Below are positions 1 to 8,881 of a DNA stretch of 64,000 nucleotides, in pieces. The translations under genes and the position numbers were made by a program. Origin of the DNA: Christensenella sp. UBA4379. Lineage in GTDB: Bacteria > Bacillota > Clostridia > Christensenellales > Aristaeellaceae. Under the pieces are notes generated by a model. It was not told where the DNA came from. It made no database searches and saw nothing but the letters and a program-made list of their open reading frames with translations. How positions within the stretch are numbered: position 1 is the stretch's first letter; every line of letters begins with the position of its first letter. The stretch spans positions 7,589 through 71,588 of the forward strand of contig DGRV01000021.1 in the NCBI GenBank assembly GCA_002391225.1. Reading direction: 5' to 3'.

Positions 1-1227
1 ACCGCAAAGATATTCACAGACCGCTGCGATCAGGCGACGGTTGCGCAGGTAACCAACCTGCTGAACCAGCCCTGCGTTCAGGGCGCTCAGATTCGGATCA
101 TGCCGGACTGCCACGCCGGGGCGGGGTGCGTGATTGGAACGACCATGACGATTCGGGACAAGGTGATCCCCAATCTGGTGGGGGTTGACATCGGCTGCGG
201 GATGCTGGCGACCAGGCTGAAGGAAAAACGGATTGATCTGCCGAAATTTGACAGCGTTTCCCAGGCGGAGATCCCCGCCGGAATGAACATGCGCTCGGAA
301 CCCCATCGTTTGGCAGACACCATGTCTGCGGAGGCCCTGGCCTGCTTTCACAAGCCCAATTGCCGGGTATCTTCGGAAGTATTCGCCCTCAGCCTCGGCA
401 CCCTGGGCGGCGGCAATCACTTCTGGGAGCTGGACCGGGACGAAGAGGAAAATATCTGGCTGGTGGTTCATACGGGCTCCCGCCGCTCCGGCAAAGACGT
501 GGCGGAGTATTACCAGCGAGCCGCTTATGAGGATCTGAATTCTTTGGGCGAAAAACGCAAAGCCGAAGTAGCTGCTCAGCGGGAAGCCTTTATCCGGCAA
601 ATGAGAAACGAAGGCCGGGAAAAGGACATCAGCAGGCTGCTGTCTGAGTGGCAGGCCCAAATCCCGGAACCCGAGATTTCTGTGCCGTATGAAGTGGCCT
701 GGTGTCAGGGCAGTCTCTTTGATGATTACATCCATGACATGCATATCATGCAGCAGTACGCGGTATTAAACCGTCGCGTGATCACGGAAACCATTTTGAA
801 AAAATGCAAGCTCCATGCTGTCGATCAGTTTGAGACGGTCCATAACTACATCGACACGGAACACATGATTCTGCGGAAAGGCTCCGTTTCAGCCAGGGAA
901 GGGGAACGCCTGCTGATCCCGATCAACATGCGGGACGGCGCTCTGATCTGCCTGGGCAGGGGAAACCCTGATTGGAATGAATCAGCGCCCCACGGGGCCG
1001 GGAGGCTCATGTCCAGAACGGACGCCCGCTCGTCCATCTCCATGAAAGAATACAAGGACGCCATGAAGGGCATTTATACCACCTGCATCAATAAGGGAAC
1101 TCTGGATGAATCGCCCATGGCCTATAAACCGATGGAGGAGATCGTCGCCAATATCGAACCCACCGCCCAGATCGTATCCAGGCTCAGGCCGATTTATAAC
1201 TTCAAGGCCGGGGAAGAAGAATCTTAA
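1..1227 (+). CDS. rtcB: RNA ligase RtcB (3'-phosphate/5'-hydroxyl), 5' end cut by window edge
   Basis: The reading frame stays open from base 1. Motifs MPDCHAG, GGGNHF, HTGSR, HNYI and PHGAGR are typical of RtcB. Confidence 0.9.
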   Translation, partial: TAKIFTDRCDQATVAQVTNLLNQPCVQGAQIRIMPDCHAGAGCVIGTTMTIRDKVIPNLVGVDIGCGMLATRLKEKRIDLPKFDSVSQAEIPAGMNMRSEPHRLADTMSAEALACFHKPNCRVSSEVFALSLGTLGGGNHFWELDRDEEENIWLVVHTGSRRSGKDVAEYYQRAAYEDLNSLGEKRKAEVAAQREAFIRQMRNEGREKDISRLLSEWQAQIPEPEISVPYEVAWCQGSLFDDYIHDMHIMQQYAVLNRRVITETILKKCKLHAVDQFETVHNYIDTEHMILRKGSVSAREGERLLIPINMRDGALICLGRGNPDWNESAPHGAGRLMSRTDARSSISMKEYKDAMKGIYTTCINKGTLDESPMAYKPMEEIVANIEPTAQIVSRLRPIYNFKAGEEES

Positions 1228-1305
1228 CCTGCTAGATGCAAAATAAAAGGACTTTGGTACAACTCCTCCTATGTGCGGCCGACAGCTTTACCGGAAAGGA
1301 AAACC

Positions 1306-1974
1306 ATGGCGATCACCAAAACAGATTTCATGCGCGGCATGCAGTGCCGCAGGATGCTCTGGCTGGATAAGCATAAGCCCAGTCTTCGCGTCATCCCGCC
1401 GGAGGTCCAGGCGCGTCTGGACGCCGGCAATGACTTCGGCGACCGGGCGATGGGGATGTTCGGCCCCTATGAGGAGATGACGGTCTATCTGCCCGGGAAG
1501 CAGATCCCGGATAAAAAGGCCATGATCGCCCGGACCCAGGAGCATCTGGCGAAAGGTACTCCTGTCATCTGCGAGGCCGCTTTCAGCAACTACAATAACT
1601 ACTGTGCCGTGGATATCTTAAGGAAAACAGAATCCGGGTACGACTTCTATGAGGTCAAGAACGCCCCGGAGGTGCACGAGCAGTTCGTCCGGGACGCGGG
1701 CTTTCAGTATTACATCATCAGCAGGTGCGGGCTCAAAATCGGCCGGATCTTTATCGTCATCCATGGGCCGGATGAAGAAAACCCGTTCGTTCCGGTGGAG
1801 GTCACGCAGCAGGCCAAGGGCTACTACCGCTGGATCAATGAAAACATCTGGGATCTGAACCGGATGCAGAAGAAAGCGGAAGAAGTGATGGTGGAGCCCG
1901 GCGATCAGTGCTGCGATCCCTATGAGTGCTGGTACTACGGGTACTGCCATGGGGAAGGAGGCGCTTCCGTGTGA
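1306..1974 (+). CDS. Cas4/DUF2779-like PD-(D/E)XK nuclease with four-Cys (Fe-S type) signature
   Basis: Start MAITKTDF is preceded by GGAAAGGAAAA. There is an N-terminal Cys (GMQCRR), the nuclease core AVDIL...YEVKN, and a C-terminal CCDPYECWYYGYC. Confidence 0.65.
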   Translation: MAITKTDFMRGMQCRRMLWLDKHKPSLRVIPPEVQARLDAGNDFGDRAMGMFGPYEEMTVYLPGKQIPDKKAMIARTQEHLAKGTPVICEAAFSNYNNYCAVDILRKTESGYDFYEVKNAPEVHEQFVRDAGFQYYIISRCGLKIGRIFIVIHGPDEENPFVPVEVTQQAKGYYRWINENIWDLNRMQKKAEEVMVEPGDQCCDPYECWYYGYCHGEGGASV

Positions 1975-2049
1975 TGAAAATATTCTGCCGCAAGGGGAAC
2001 GCTTCCTGTCTGCTGACGAAAAAAGAAATACGCAAATCCTGAGGGTGAC

Positions 2050-2499
2050 ATGGGAAATCAGATGATGATCTATATTGACGCGGACGCCTGTCCGGTCACG
2101 AAAATAGCGGAGAATATCGCCCGCCGGCGCGGCGTTCCGGTGATCTTGCTCTGTGACACCAATCATGTGCTGTCGTCTGATTACAGCACGGTCCGGGTCG
2201 TCGGCGCGGGGGCGGACGCCGTGGACATCGCCCTGATTAATCTTTGCCGAAAGGGGGATGTGGTCATCACCCAGGACTATGGGGTTGCGGCCCTGGCCCT
2301 GGGAAAGGGGGCCCGGGCAATTCACCAGAGCGGCCGATGGTATACGGATGAAAACATCGACGGATTGCTGATGGAGCGTCATCTGGCGAAGCAGGCCCGG
2401 CGCAGTTCCAAGCACCATTTAAAGGGCCCCGCCAAACGCAAGGAGGAGGATGATCTGCGCTTTGCCGAGAGCTTTGAAAGGATGCTGGACAGCCCGTAA
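2050..2499 (+). CDS. YaiI/YqxD family protein (UPF0178, DUF188)
   Basis: The N-terminal IYIDADACPV motif and a length of about 150 aa are typical of the family. The start could instead be 2062 or 2065. Confidence 0.8.
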   Translation: MGNQMMIYIDADACPVTKIAENIARRRGVPVILLCDTNHVLSSDYSTVRVVGAGADAVDIALINLCRKGDVVITQDYGVAALALGKGARAIHQSGRWYTDENIDGLLMERHLAKQARRSSKHHLKGPAKRKEEDDLRFAESFERMLDSP

Positions 2500-2515
2500 A
2501 GATTCAGGGGATCAC

Positions 2516-2556
2516 AAAAAAACGCCGGCGGGTTTTATGCCTGCCGGCGCTTGTCA
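2516..2556. terminator. Hairpin between convergent genes; a good intrinsic terminator for the minus-strand rhodanese gene
   Basis: CGCCGGCGG / CCTGCCGGCG stem. An A7 run on the plus strand gives a T7 run directly after the stem on the minus strand. Confidence 0.6.
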
Positions 2557-2567
2557 TTTTGCGGGCT

Positions 2568-2867
2568 TTATTTTCCGGCTTCGAGCTGGCTGTGATAGGC
2601 GGCGATTCCGCCGATGCTTTTGACCTGTGTGAAGCCTTTCCGGCGGAGGATCCGGACGGCCCGTTTGCTCCGGGCCCCGTGGAGGCAATAGAGAAACAGC
2701 GGCCGCTCCTTCGGCAGGGCGGATGCGGCGATTGAAGAGAGGGGAACGTTGACGGCCCCCGGAATATGGCCGGCGGCATATTCGTCCGCTTCCCGCACGT
2801 CCACCAGCACCGCGTCGGTGGCGGCGCTGACGTTTCTCTCCCTGCCACTGGCCGAATATGTGGTCAT
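2568..2867 (-). CDS. Single-domain rhodanese sulfurtransferase
   Basis: VLVDVREADEYAAGHIPGAVNVP ... LFLYCLHGARS active-site loop. Start chosen at MTTYSAS. Confidence 0.8.
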   Translation of the reverse strand: MTTYSASGRERNVSAATDAVLVDVREADEYAAGHIPGAVNVPLSSIAASALPKERPLFLYCLHGARSKRAVRILRRKGFTQVKSIGGIAAYHSQLEAGK

Positions 2868-3741
2868 GGCGGGCATGTTCGGCAATTCTGCCCAGTACGG
2901 CATGGTGCTGATGTCGCTGCTGGTGATGTACTGCGTCATCTTCGACGAAAAGAGCAGAAAGCTTGCGTCCACGGAGACGGAGCTGTCGCTGGCGACCCAG
3001 ATCCAGACGGGGATGCTCCCTTCGATTTTTCCCGCCTTTCCCAACCGCCCGGAGTTTGACATTCATGCCTCCATGGACCCGGCCAAAGAGGTCGGCGGGG
3101 ATTTTTACGACCTCTTCCTGATCGATGAGGATCACCTGGCCATGGTGATCGCCGACGTATCCGGGAAAGGGATCCCGGCGGCCCTGTTTATGATGTCCGC
3201 CAAGATCCTGATCAACGACCACGCCCTCATCGGCGGCACGCCCGCGGACATCCTGGAGCGGGTGAACCGCCAGGTCTGTTTGAACAACAAAGCGCAGATG
3301 TTCGTGACCGTATGGTTGGGCATCCTGGAAATCAGCACCGGCAAGCTCACAACCGCCAGCGCCGGCCATGAATACCCGATGCTGAACCTCAGCGGCAGGT
3401 ATGAGCTGCTCAAGGACAGGCACGGGCTGGCCATCGGCGCCATGGAAGAAGCCAGGTACAAAAACACCGAGATTCAGATGAAAAAGGGCGACAGCCTCTT
3501 TGTCTACACCGACGGCGTCGCGGAGGCGACGGACGAGAACGAGCAGCTCTTCGGCACGGACCGCACCCTGGAAGCCCTGAACGCCATTCCCGCGGGCGTT
3601 TCCCAGAAGGAGGTCCTGTTGGCTGTACGGAATGCTGTGGACGCCTTTGTCAAGGAAGCCCCCCAGTTTGACGACCTGACCATGCTGGGCCTTACATACT
3701 TTGGGCCGGCGGGAAGGGCTGAAGAGAAAGAAATCTCCTGA
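2866..3741 (+). CDS. PP2C/SpoIIE-family serine phosphatase with one N-terminal TM helix
   Basis: GGDFYD, ADVSGKGIPAA, LFVYTDGV and DDLT motifs. The start is uncertain (2860 GTG, 2866 ATG or 2875 ATG). Confidence 0.85.
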   Translation: MAGMFGNSAQYGMVLMSLLVMYCVIFDEKSRKLASTETELSLATQIQTGMLPSIFPAFPNRPEFDIHASMDPAKEVGGDFYDLFLIDEDHLAMVIADVSGKGIPAALFMMSAKILINDHALIGGTPADILERVNRQVCLNNKAQMFVTVWLGILEISTGKLTTASAGHEYPMLNLSGRYELLKDRHGLAIGAMEEARYKNTEIQMKKGDSLFVYTDGVAEATDENEQLFGTDRTLEALNAIPAGVSQKEVLLAVRNAVDAFVKEAPQFDDLTMLGLTYFGPAGRAEEKEIS

Positions 3742-3778
3742 CATAAGCGAGAATCATATCCATAAGCTCTCGGGTACG

Positions 3779-4183
3779 TCACTTCTGATAGGTTTCATAG
3801 CACCATTGCGCCATTCTCTGAATCAGTTCCGCAGGCAGGTCTGCGCTGTATGGAAGGCGGATGGTCCCTTTGCTGACATCGTAATTGTTTAGCTCGTCTT
3901 TGAACCGGGCAACAGCTTCGTCTCCTGGGTAGAAGCCCAGGTGTTTTTTGAATGCCGCGAAATGGAGGAGGTTTTTTCCCTTCCAGTAAGTGGGCATGGA
4001 CCAGGAGATACGTTCTTCGGCCTCCGGGATGGCGGAGCGGATCAGGCTGCGCATCTCTTTCAGCCTCGGCTGAACGGCCTCCTCCTGGGCGGCAATATAC
4101 TCGTCGATATTTTTCGGCCTCACACAGGAATGATCCTGCTCCTGTCTGCTGAATTCCCGGCCACACTTGGGACACTTCCACAT
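3779..4183 (-). CDS. DUF1801/YdhG-like domain protein with N-terminal CxxC...C zinc-ribbon-like segment
   Basis: Sequence WKCPKCGREF..., SWSMPTYWKGKNLLHFAAFKKHLGFYP. Confidence 0.7.
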   Translation of the reverse strand: MWKCPKCGREFSRQEQDHSCVRPKNIDEYIAAQEEAVQPRLKEMRSLIRSAIPEAEERISWSMPTYWKGKNLLHFAAFKKHLGFYPGDEAVARFKDELNNYDVSKGTIRLPYSADLPAELIQRMAQWCYETYQK

Positions 4184-4190
4184 AAATGCT

Positions 4191-4526
4191 TCACCTCAAA
4201 ACCTTGTCCATGGGCTTACCTTTTGCCAGTTCATCCACCAGCTTGTCCAGCCAGCGGATCTTCTGCATCAGCGGATCTTCGATTTTTTCCACCTTCACGC
4301 CGCAGACGCTGCCTTTGATCAGGCTGGCTCTTGGATTCATCTGAGGGGCGCGCTCAAAGAACTCCGCATAGCTTACATCCAGGTCGGCGGACGCCATATC
4401 ATACCCGGTGAGCCAGGCAGTCACCTGATCCACCTCCGCTTTGCTGCGGCCCTTACGCTCCGCTTTTTGTACAAGCAGCGGATAGACCTCAGATACCTTC
4501 ATCTCGAAGATCGTTTTCCTTGGCAT
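4191..4526 (-). CDS. DUF2200-like small conserved protein
   Basis: Start MPRKTIFEMKV has an AAGGAGG SD upstream. The family call is from memory. Confidence 0.55.
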   Translation of the reverse strand: MPRKTIFEMKVSEVYPLLVQKAERKGRSKAEVDQVTAWLTGYDMASADLDVSYAEFFERAPQMNPRASLIKGSVCGVKVEKIEDPLMQKIRWLDKLVDELAKGKPMDKVLR

Positions 4527-4543
4527 AACAGCCTCCTTATTTA

Positions 4544-4924
4544 TCAGCGTTTCCGGGAAGAGAACGCTGCCGCTTCCCGGATCCACCCCATCAGTTCTTC
4601 ATTGATTTCTTTCCCGGATCCGATCATGACATGGTGTGTCCAGCGGCCCGGATACGGCTCCGCGGACGCATCGATGCGATGCGATAGGGCCTGATACGGC
4701 AAACCAAAGGTCACCGTCAGGAAGGGCTCCGGGCGTTCCTTCGCTTTCCGGACCGGCGTGAAGGACACGGCGGCAAACATGTGTTTCACAAAAAAGGAAA
4801 TCTGCGTCTTTTTGACCTCGATCCGGGCATCCGGAATGGCCGCCAGGATGCAGCTTCTCAGCTGATCATAAAGCGGCAGAGCGGCTGGGTGGGGTCCAAA
4901 GAACATGATTTCATCCGGATTCAT
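4544..4924 (-). CDS. Conserved hypothetical protein (DUF5655/DUF4287-like)
   Basis: Start MNPDEIMFF has a GAGGAG upstream. Coding-like composition; family assignment is tentative. Confidence 0.5.
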   Translation of the reverse strand: MNPDEIMFFGPHPAALPLYDQLRSCILAAIPDARIEVKKTQISFFVKHMFAAVSFTPVRKAKERPEPFLTVTFGLPYQALSHRIDASAEPYPGRWTHHVMIGSGKEINEELMGWIREAAAFSSRKR

Positions 4925-5237
4925 GGTGTTATCTGATCTCCTCTGTTCATTCGTCATCTCCGCTTGCGTGCTGCTTTTTTTAAATACAGAAATTTCCTCC
5001 GTCAGGCTGTCCGCCATTCATTTGAGCTCTCACAGAACAAACCCGTGAACCCGGCATCGAAAGACGGGAGAGACGGGTTCCATCGCCTCAGCCAGGAGGT
5101 TTTCACTCCTGACCGTAGATTACCATATTATCGGCGGGATGGGAAGAGAAAAAAGTGCTGTATTGGGCGTTTTAGCAAACAAAAGAACATTCTGCGATAG
5201 AGGAAACAGACGCGGACTTTGGGCTCATGATTCCGCA

Positions 5238-5266
5238 TTGCTGTCCGCCGCCCGATATGCTATAAT
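5238..5266 (+). promoter_or_regulatory. Sigma-A type promoter of the lyase gene
   Basis: TTGCTG, 17-nt spacer, TATAAT with an upstream TG. Confidence 0.5.
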
Positions 5267-5318
5267 GAAATTGATTTGGAACGGATCGTTTTTCAACTGA
5301 ACAGAAGGAGGTATTTCT

Positions 5319-8300
5319 ATGACATCCGCCTGCATACGGAATCATCTAAAGCCCCTGCTCCTATGGACGGCAGCCCTGGTCCTATTGGCGGGCCTCGTCC
5401 TTCTGCCGGTTTCCGGTCGGGCAGATGAAGCCCCGGCATCCTATGTGCTGGAAGCCTCGGCCCTGGAAGCCTTCGCGGCGGAATCCAAGGCCGACGGGGA
5501 TGAAACCGGCGACGGCTTTTTCACCCTGCTGTGGAGCGCCAAGTCCAAGGTGGACGGCAGCAGCAAGACCTGGGAGGACGGCTACGCCTCCGGCCAGCGC
5601 GTGAACTTCGGCGGCAAGGCTACGGTGAAAAAGAACTCCCTCCGCTTTGCCACCGACGGCCCCGCTTTGGTGAAAATCTGGTGGGTGCAGGGCGGCGAGG
5701 ATCACCGGCAGATGGGCATCCTGAACGCCGACGGGGAAGTGGTGGTGCAAACTTCCGGCGAATACCAGAAGAACAGCCCCTACTATTCCGAACTGACCCT
5801 GGACGCCGCCGGCACCTGGTACCTGGGCGGCATTGGCGGGAACAATTATCTTTTCAAGGTGGAAGTGACGCAGGGCGCTTCGGAAAAGCCCGACCGTCCC
5901 GCCTGGGACAGCGTATCCGCCCCGGCCATCCTCTCCGTGGGTCTGGCTGAGGGGGACCCTAAGACGATGGAAGTCCTGGTGCAGGCAGACGTCGGGGAGA
6001 CCGGCGCGGACTGGGTCAGCGTTTCCATGGCCGTGGAAGAAACTAAAACGGCGGAAACGAGGCGCTCCACCGCCGAAAAGACTGAGCATCTGCTGAGCTT
6101 TGCGCCCGGTTCGTCCGGCAAGTACACCTTCACCCCCGTCTCCGGCCGGGAGGGGGAGGCCGAGCTTCCCGGCGAGAGCGTCGAATTCGCCTTCACCCTG
6201 CCCTTGGGACAGCCGGCCGTGAGCCTGGCCTACAACCTGGGCGGCGGCGCGGTCCGTCTGGAATGGGCTCCTGTCCCGGAGGCAGAGGCCTACCGGGTCA
6301 GCACCGCGGGCCTGGAAATGACCGTCGAAACCGAAGCCTGCGAGGCCACGCTGGAAGGCCTTCCTGTGGGGGAAAGCTGCTCCTTTACCGTGGCGGCCCT
6401 GCGTAGGGGGGAGGAAGCCCTGTCCGAGCCCGTGACCCTCACCGTCACCGAGGCGGCGGAACGGGCCTGGGGCTTTTCCGCCTTCGGCTCCGGCGTGAAC
6501 CTGAAAACCAACGGCTATGAGGGCAGCGCCGAAGAAGGGAGTCTCCGCGTCTATTCCCTGGAGGGAAAGGGCAAGTTGGTCCCGGGCTCCACCGACGGCC
6601 TGGCCTTCTACTATACGCGCATCGACCCCAGGACGGAAAACTTTGTCTTGACCGCCACCGCTCGTGTGAACGCCTGGACCTATTCCAACGGTCAGGAGGG
6701 CTTCGGCCTGATGGCGGCGGACGCGGTCGGCGTCAACGGCGATAACGCCACCTTCTGGAACAATTCCTACATGGCCGCCGTCACCAAGGTGGAATACCGT
6801 TGGGACGGGGAAAAGATTTCCGATACCGGCGACAAGATCACCATGAAGCTGGGCGTCGGCGCCCAGGAAAAGCGCGGCGTTACCAAGGAGAACATCACCG
6901 AGGCCCGGACGCTGGCGGACATGAGCCTGTTTAGCAGCGAGATGACCTCTCTGGATGCGTCCTGTGCGCCCCTTGGACCCGGCACCTACAACATCGTGGG
7001 CAACGCGGCCAACACCCCGGACGGCACCGTGGCCGAACCCTTTACCGCCTTCTCCCTGCGGCTGGAAAAGAACAACACCGGCTACTTCGTCTCCTACATC
7101 GCCCCGGACGGCAGCATGACCACGCAGAAATATTATGATCCGGAGGCCCTGAGCCATCTGGAGGAAGATGCCATCTACGTCGGCTTCTTCGCGGCCCGAA
7201 ACGCCGACATCACCTTTACGGACATTTCCTTCACCACCTCGGACCCCGCCGCGGACGCCCATGCCGAGGAACGGGGGGTAGAGGCGATCGCCCCGCAGTA
7301 CAGCGTGGTCTCCGCCCCCGTGGCCAACCGGGAAGACTACACCCTGGAATTCTTCTCTAACGCCGACGGCAGCCTTACCGTGGCGGACGGAAACGGGGCG
7401 GAGCTCTTCTCCGGCCCGGTGAAGGCCGATGAAAAGCAGTACATTCCCCTGACCCTGACCCCGGGGGACAACGCTTTTGTCCTCCGTATGACCCCTGACG
7501 AGGACTTCCGTCCCGGGGAATTCGCCGTCCTCCAGTCCTATGAGCCGGCGGAGCTTGCCTTCCAGGTTTCCTTCCGGGTGAACCCCGCGGAGGAAGTCAC
7601 CGTGGCGGACCCCGCTGCCCTCTACCGCGCGGTGAACGAGGCCGTCCCCGGCCAGCGGATCCTGCTGACGGCAGGCACCTACGCAATGGACGGCCGTCTG
7701 CTGATCGAGCGCGGCATCTCCGGCCGCGCGGATGCTCCCATCACCCTGGCCGCGGCTCCCGGATTGGAGGCCCGTCCGGTGCTGGACTTCGGCGGCAAGA
7801 GCGCGGGCATCGTCCTGGCGGGCGACTGGTGGGTGCTTTCCGGCTTTGACGTGACGAACACCAAGGACGGGGAAAAGGGCATCCAGGTGTCCGGCAGCCA
7901 CAACCGCCTGGAGGGCCTGGAAACCTACCGCAACGGCAACACCGGCATCCAGATCAGCCGCTATAAGGGCACGGATACCACCGCGGAATGGCCCGCGGAG
8001 AACCTGATTCTCCAGTGCACTTCCTACCTGAACGCCGACCGGGGCTATGAGGACGCCGACGGCTTTGCCGCCAAGCTCACCTGCGGGCCGGGCAACGTCT
8101 TTGACCAGTGCATTGCCTGCTACAACGCCGACGATGGCTGGGACCTCTACGCCAAGATCGAGACCGGCCCCATCGGCCAGGTGACCATCCGGAACAGCGT
8201 GGCCTACAAGAACGGCTTCCTCCTGGATGAAAACGGCAAGGAGATCAACGCCGGCAACGGCAACGGCTTCAAGATGGGCGGCGAGAGCATTTCCGGCCGC

Positions 8301-8747
8301 CATCTCCTCGAAAACAGCGTCGCCTTCGCCAACAAGGCCAAGGGCATCGATTCCAACAGCTGCCCGGACATTCAGGTGCTCCGCTGCACCAGCTTCGACA
8401 ACGGCAGCTACAACGTGGCCTTCTACACCAATACCGCCGTGAACACGGATTTTGCCGCCGACGGCGTGCTGTCCTTCCGGAGTACAGAGGGCGCTGAAGA
8501 CAATTTCAAGTTCCTGGGCACCCAGGATCAGGCGAAGGTCTTCCACCCCGGGTGCTTTTATGTGACGGGCGGAAAATCCGTCAACAGCGAAGGGCTGGAG
8601 GCCCAGGCGGCGTGGTTTGTGAGCCTCGACACCCAGGCCGCGCTGGCCGGGGGCATCGGCCGGAATCCGGACGGCTCTGTCAGTCTGCGCGACTTCCTCC
8701 GCCTGACGGGCGCCGCTCCCTCCAACGTGGGCGCCAGGCTGGAGTAA
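5319..8747 (+). CDS. Secreted multidomain right-handed beta-helix polysaccharide lyase (PL9-like pectate lyase type, tentative)
   Basis: Signal peptide LLWTAALVLLAGLVLLPVSGRADE and an Fn3-like segment. The C-terminal beta-helix carries NGNTGIQI, ADGFAAK, DDGWDLYAK and NGNGFKMGG. No cell-wall anchor seen. Confidence 0.75.
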   Translation: MTSACIRNHLKPLLLWTAALVLLAGLVLLPVSGRADEAPASYVLEASALEAFAAESKADGDETGDGFFTLLWSAKSKVDGSSKTWEDGYASGQRVNFGGKATVKKNSLRFATDGPALVKIWWVQGGEDHRQMGILNADGEVVVQTSGEYQKNSPYYSELTLDAAGTWYLGGIGGNNYLFKVEVTQGASEKPDRPAWDSVSAPAILSVGLAEGDPKTMEVLVQADVGETGADWVSVSMAVEETKTAETRRSTAEKTEHLLSFAPGSSGKYTFTPVSGREGEAELPGESVEFAFTLPLGQPAVSLAYNLGGGAVRLEWAPVPEAEAYRVSTAGLEMTVETEACEATLEGLPVGESCSFTVAALRRGEEALSEPVTLTVTEAAERAWGFSAFGSGVNLKTNGYEGSAEEGSLRVYSLEGKGKLVPGSTDGLAFYYTRIDPRTENFVLTATARVNAWTYSNGQEGFGLMAADAVGVNGDNATFWNNSYMAAVTKVEYRWDGEKISDTGDKITMKLGVGAQEKRGVTKENITEARTLADMSLFSSEMTSLDASCAPLGPGTYNIVGNAANTPDGTVAEPFTAFSLRLEKNNTGYFVSYIAPDGSMTTQKYYDPEALSHLEEDAIYVGFFAARNADITFTDISFTTSDPAADAHAEERGVEAIAPQYSVVSAPVANREDYTLEFFSNADGSLTVADGNGAELFSGPVKADEKQYIPLTLTPGDNAFVLRMTPDEDFRPGEFAVLQSYEPAELAFQVSFRVNPAEEVTVADPAALYRAVNEAVPGQRILLTAGTYAMDGRLLIERGISGRADAPITLAAAPGLEARPVLDFGGKSAGIVLAGDWWVLSGFDVTNTKDGEKGIQVSGSHNRLEGLETYRNGNTGIQISRYKGTDTTAEWPAENLILQCTSYLNADRGYEDADGFAAKLTCGPGNVFDQCIACYNADDGWDLYAKIETGPIGQVTIRNSVAYKNGFLLDENGKEINAGNGNGFKMGGESISGRHLLENSVAFANKAKGIDSNSCPDIQVLRCTSFDNGSYNVAFYTNTAVNTDFAADGVLSFRSTEGAEDNFKFLGTQDQAKVFHPGCFYVTGGKSVNSEGLEAQAAWFVSLDTQAALAGGIGRNPDGSVSLRDFLRLTGAAPSNVGARLE

Positions 8748-8792
8748 GCGGCTGCGCGGGAGACGGCGCAGTTTCAGAAACCAATCAACGGG

Positions 8793-8820
8793 GACGCAGG
8801 AACATGCCTGCGTCTCTTTT
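8793..8820 (+). terminator. Intrinsic terminator of the lyase gene
   Basis: GACGCAGG-aacatg-CCTGCGTC followed by TCTTTT. Confidence 0.8.
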
Positions 8821-8881
8821 GAAGCAATATCGGCATCACGGCCATTTGTTTCACAGAATATCTGAAAGGAAGCATAACGGG

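Noticed and set aside
5382-8546. Very long antisense ORFs opposite real genes. Examples: 1054 aa at 5382..8546, 701 aa at 28150..30255, 581 aa at 33203..34948, 549 aa at 35819..37468, 438 aa at 53540..54856 and 400 aa at 62737..63939.
   Set aside because: These are typical shadow ORFs of high-GC coding DNA. Their translations are Arg/Gly/Ala/Pro-rich low-complexity strings without motifs, and the opposite strand encodes clearly recognisable enzymes.
8552-8881. The long N-terminal extension of the alpha-galactosidase ORF (start at 8552 or 8804).
   Set aside because: The extension overlaps the end of the lyase gene and runs straight through its intrinsic terminator (8793..8820). The sequence is Arg/Gly-rich junk, and a plausible SD precedes the ATG at 8882.
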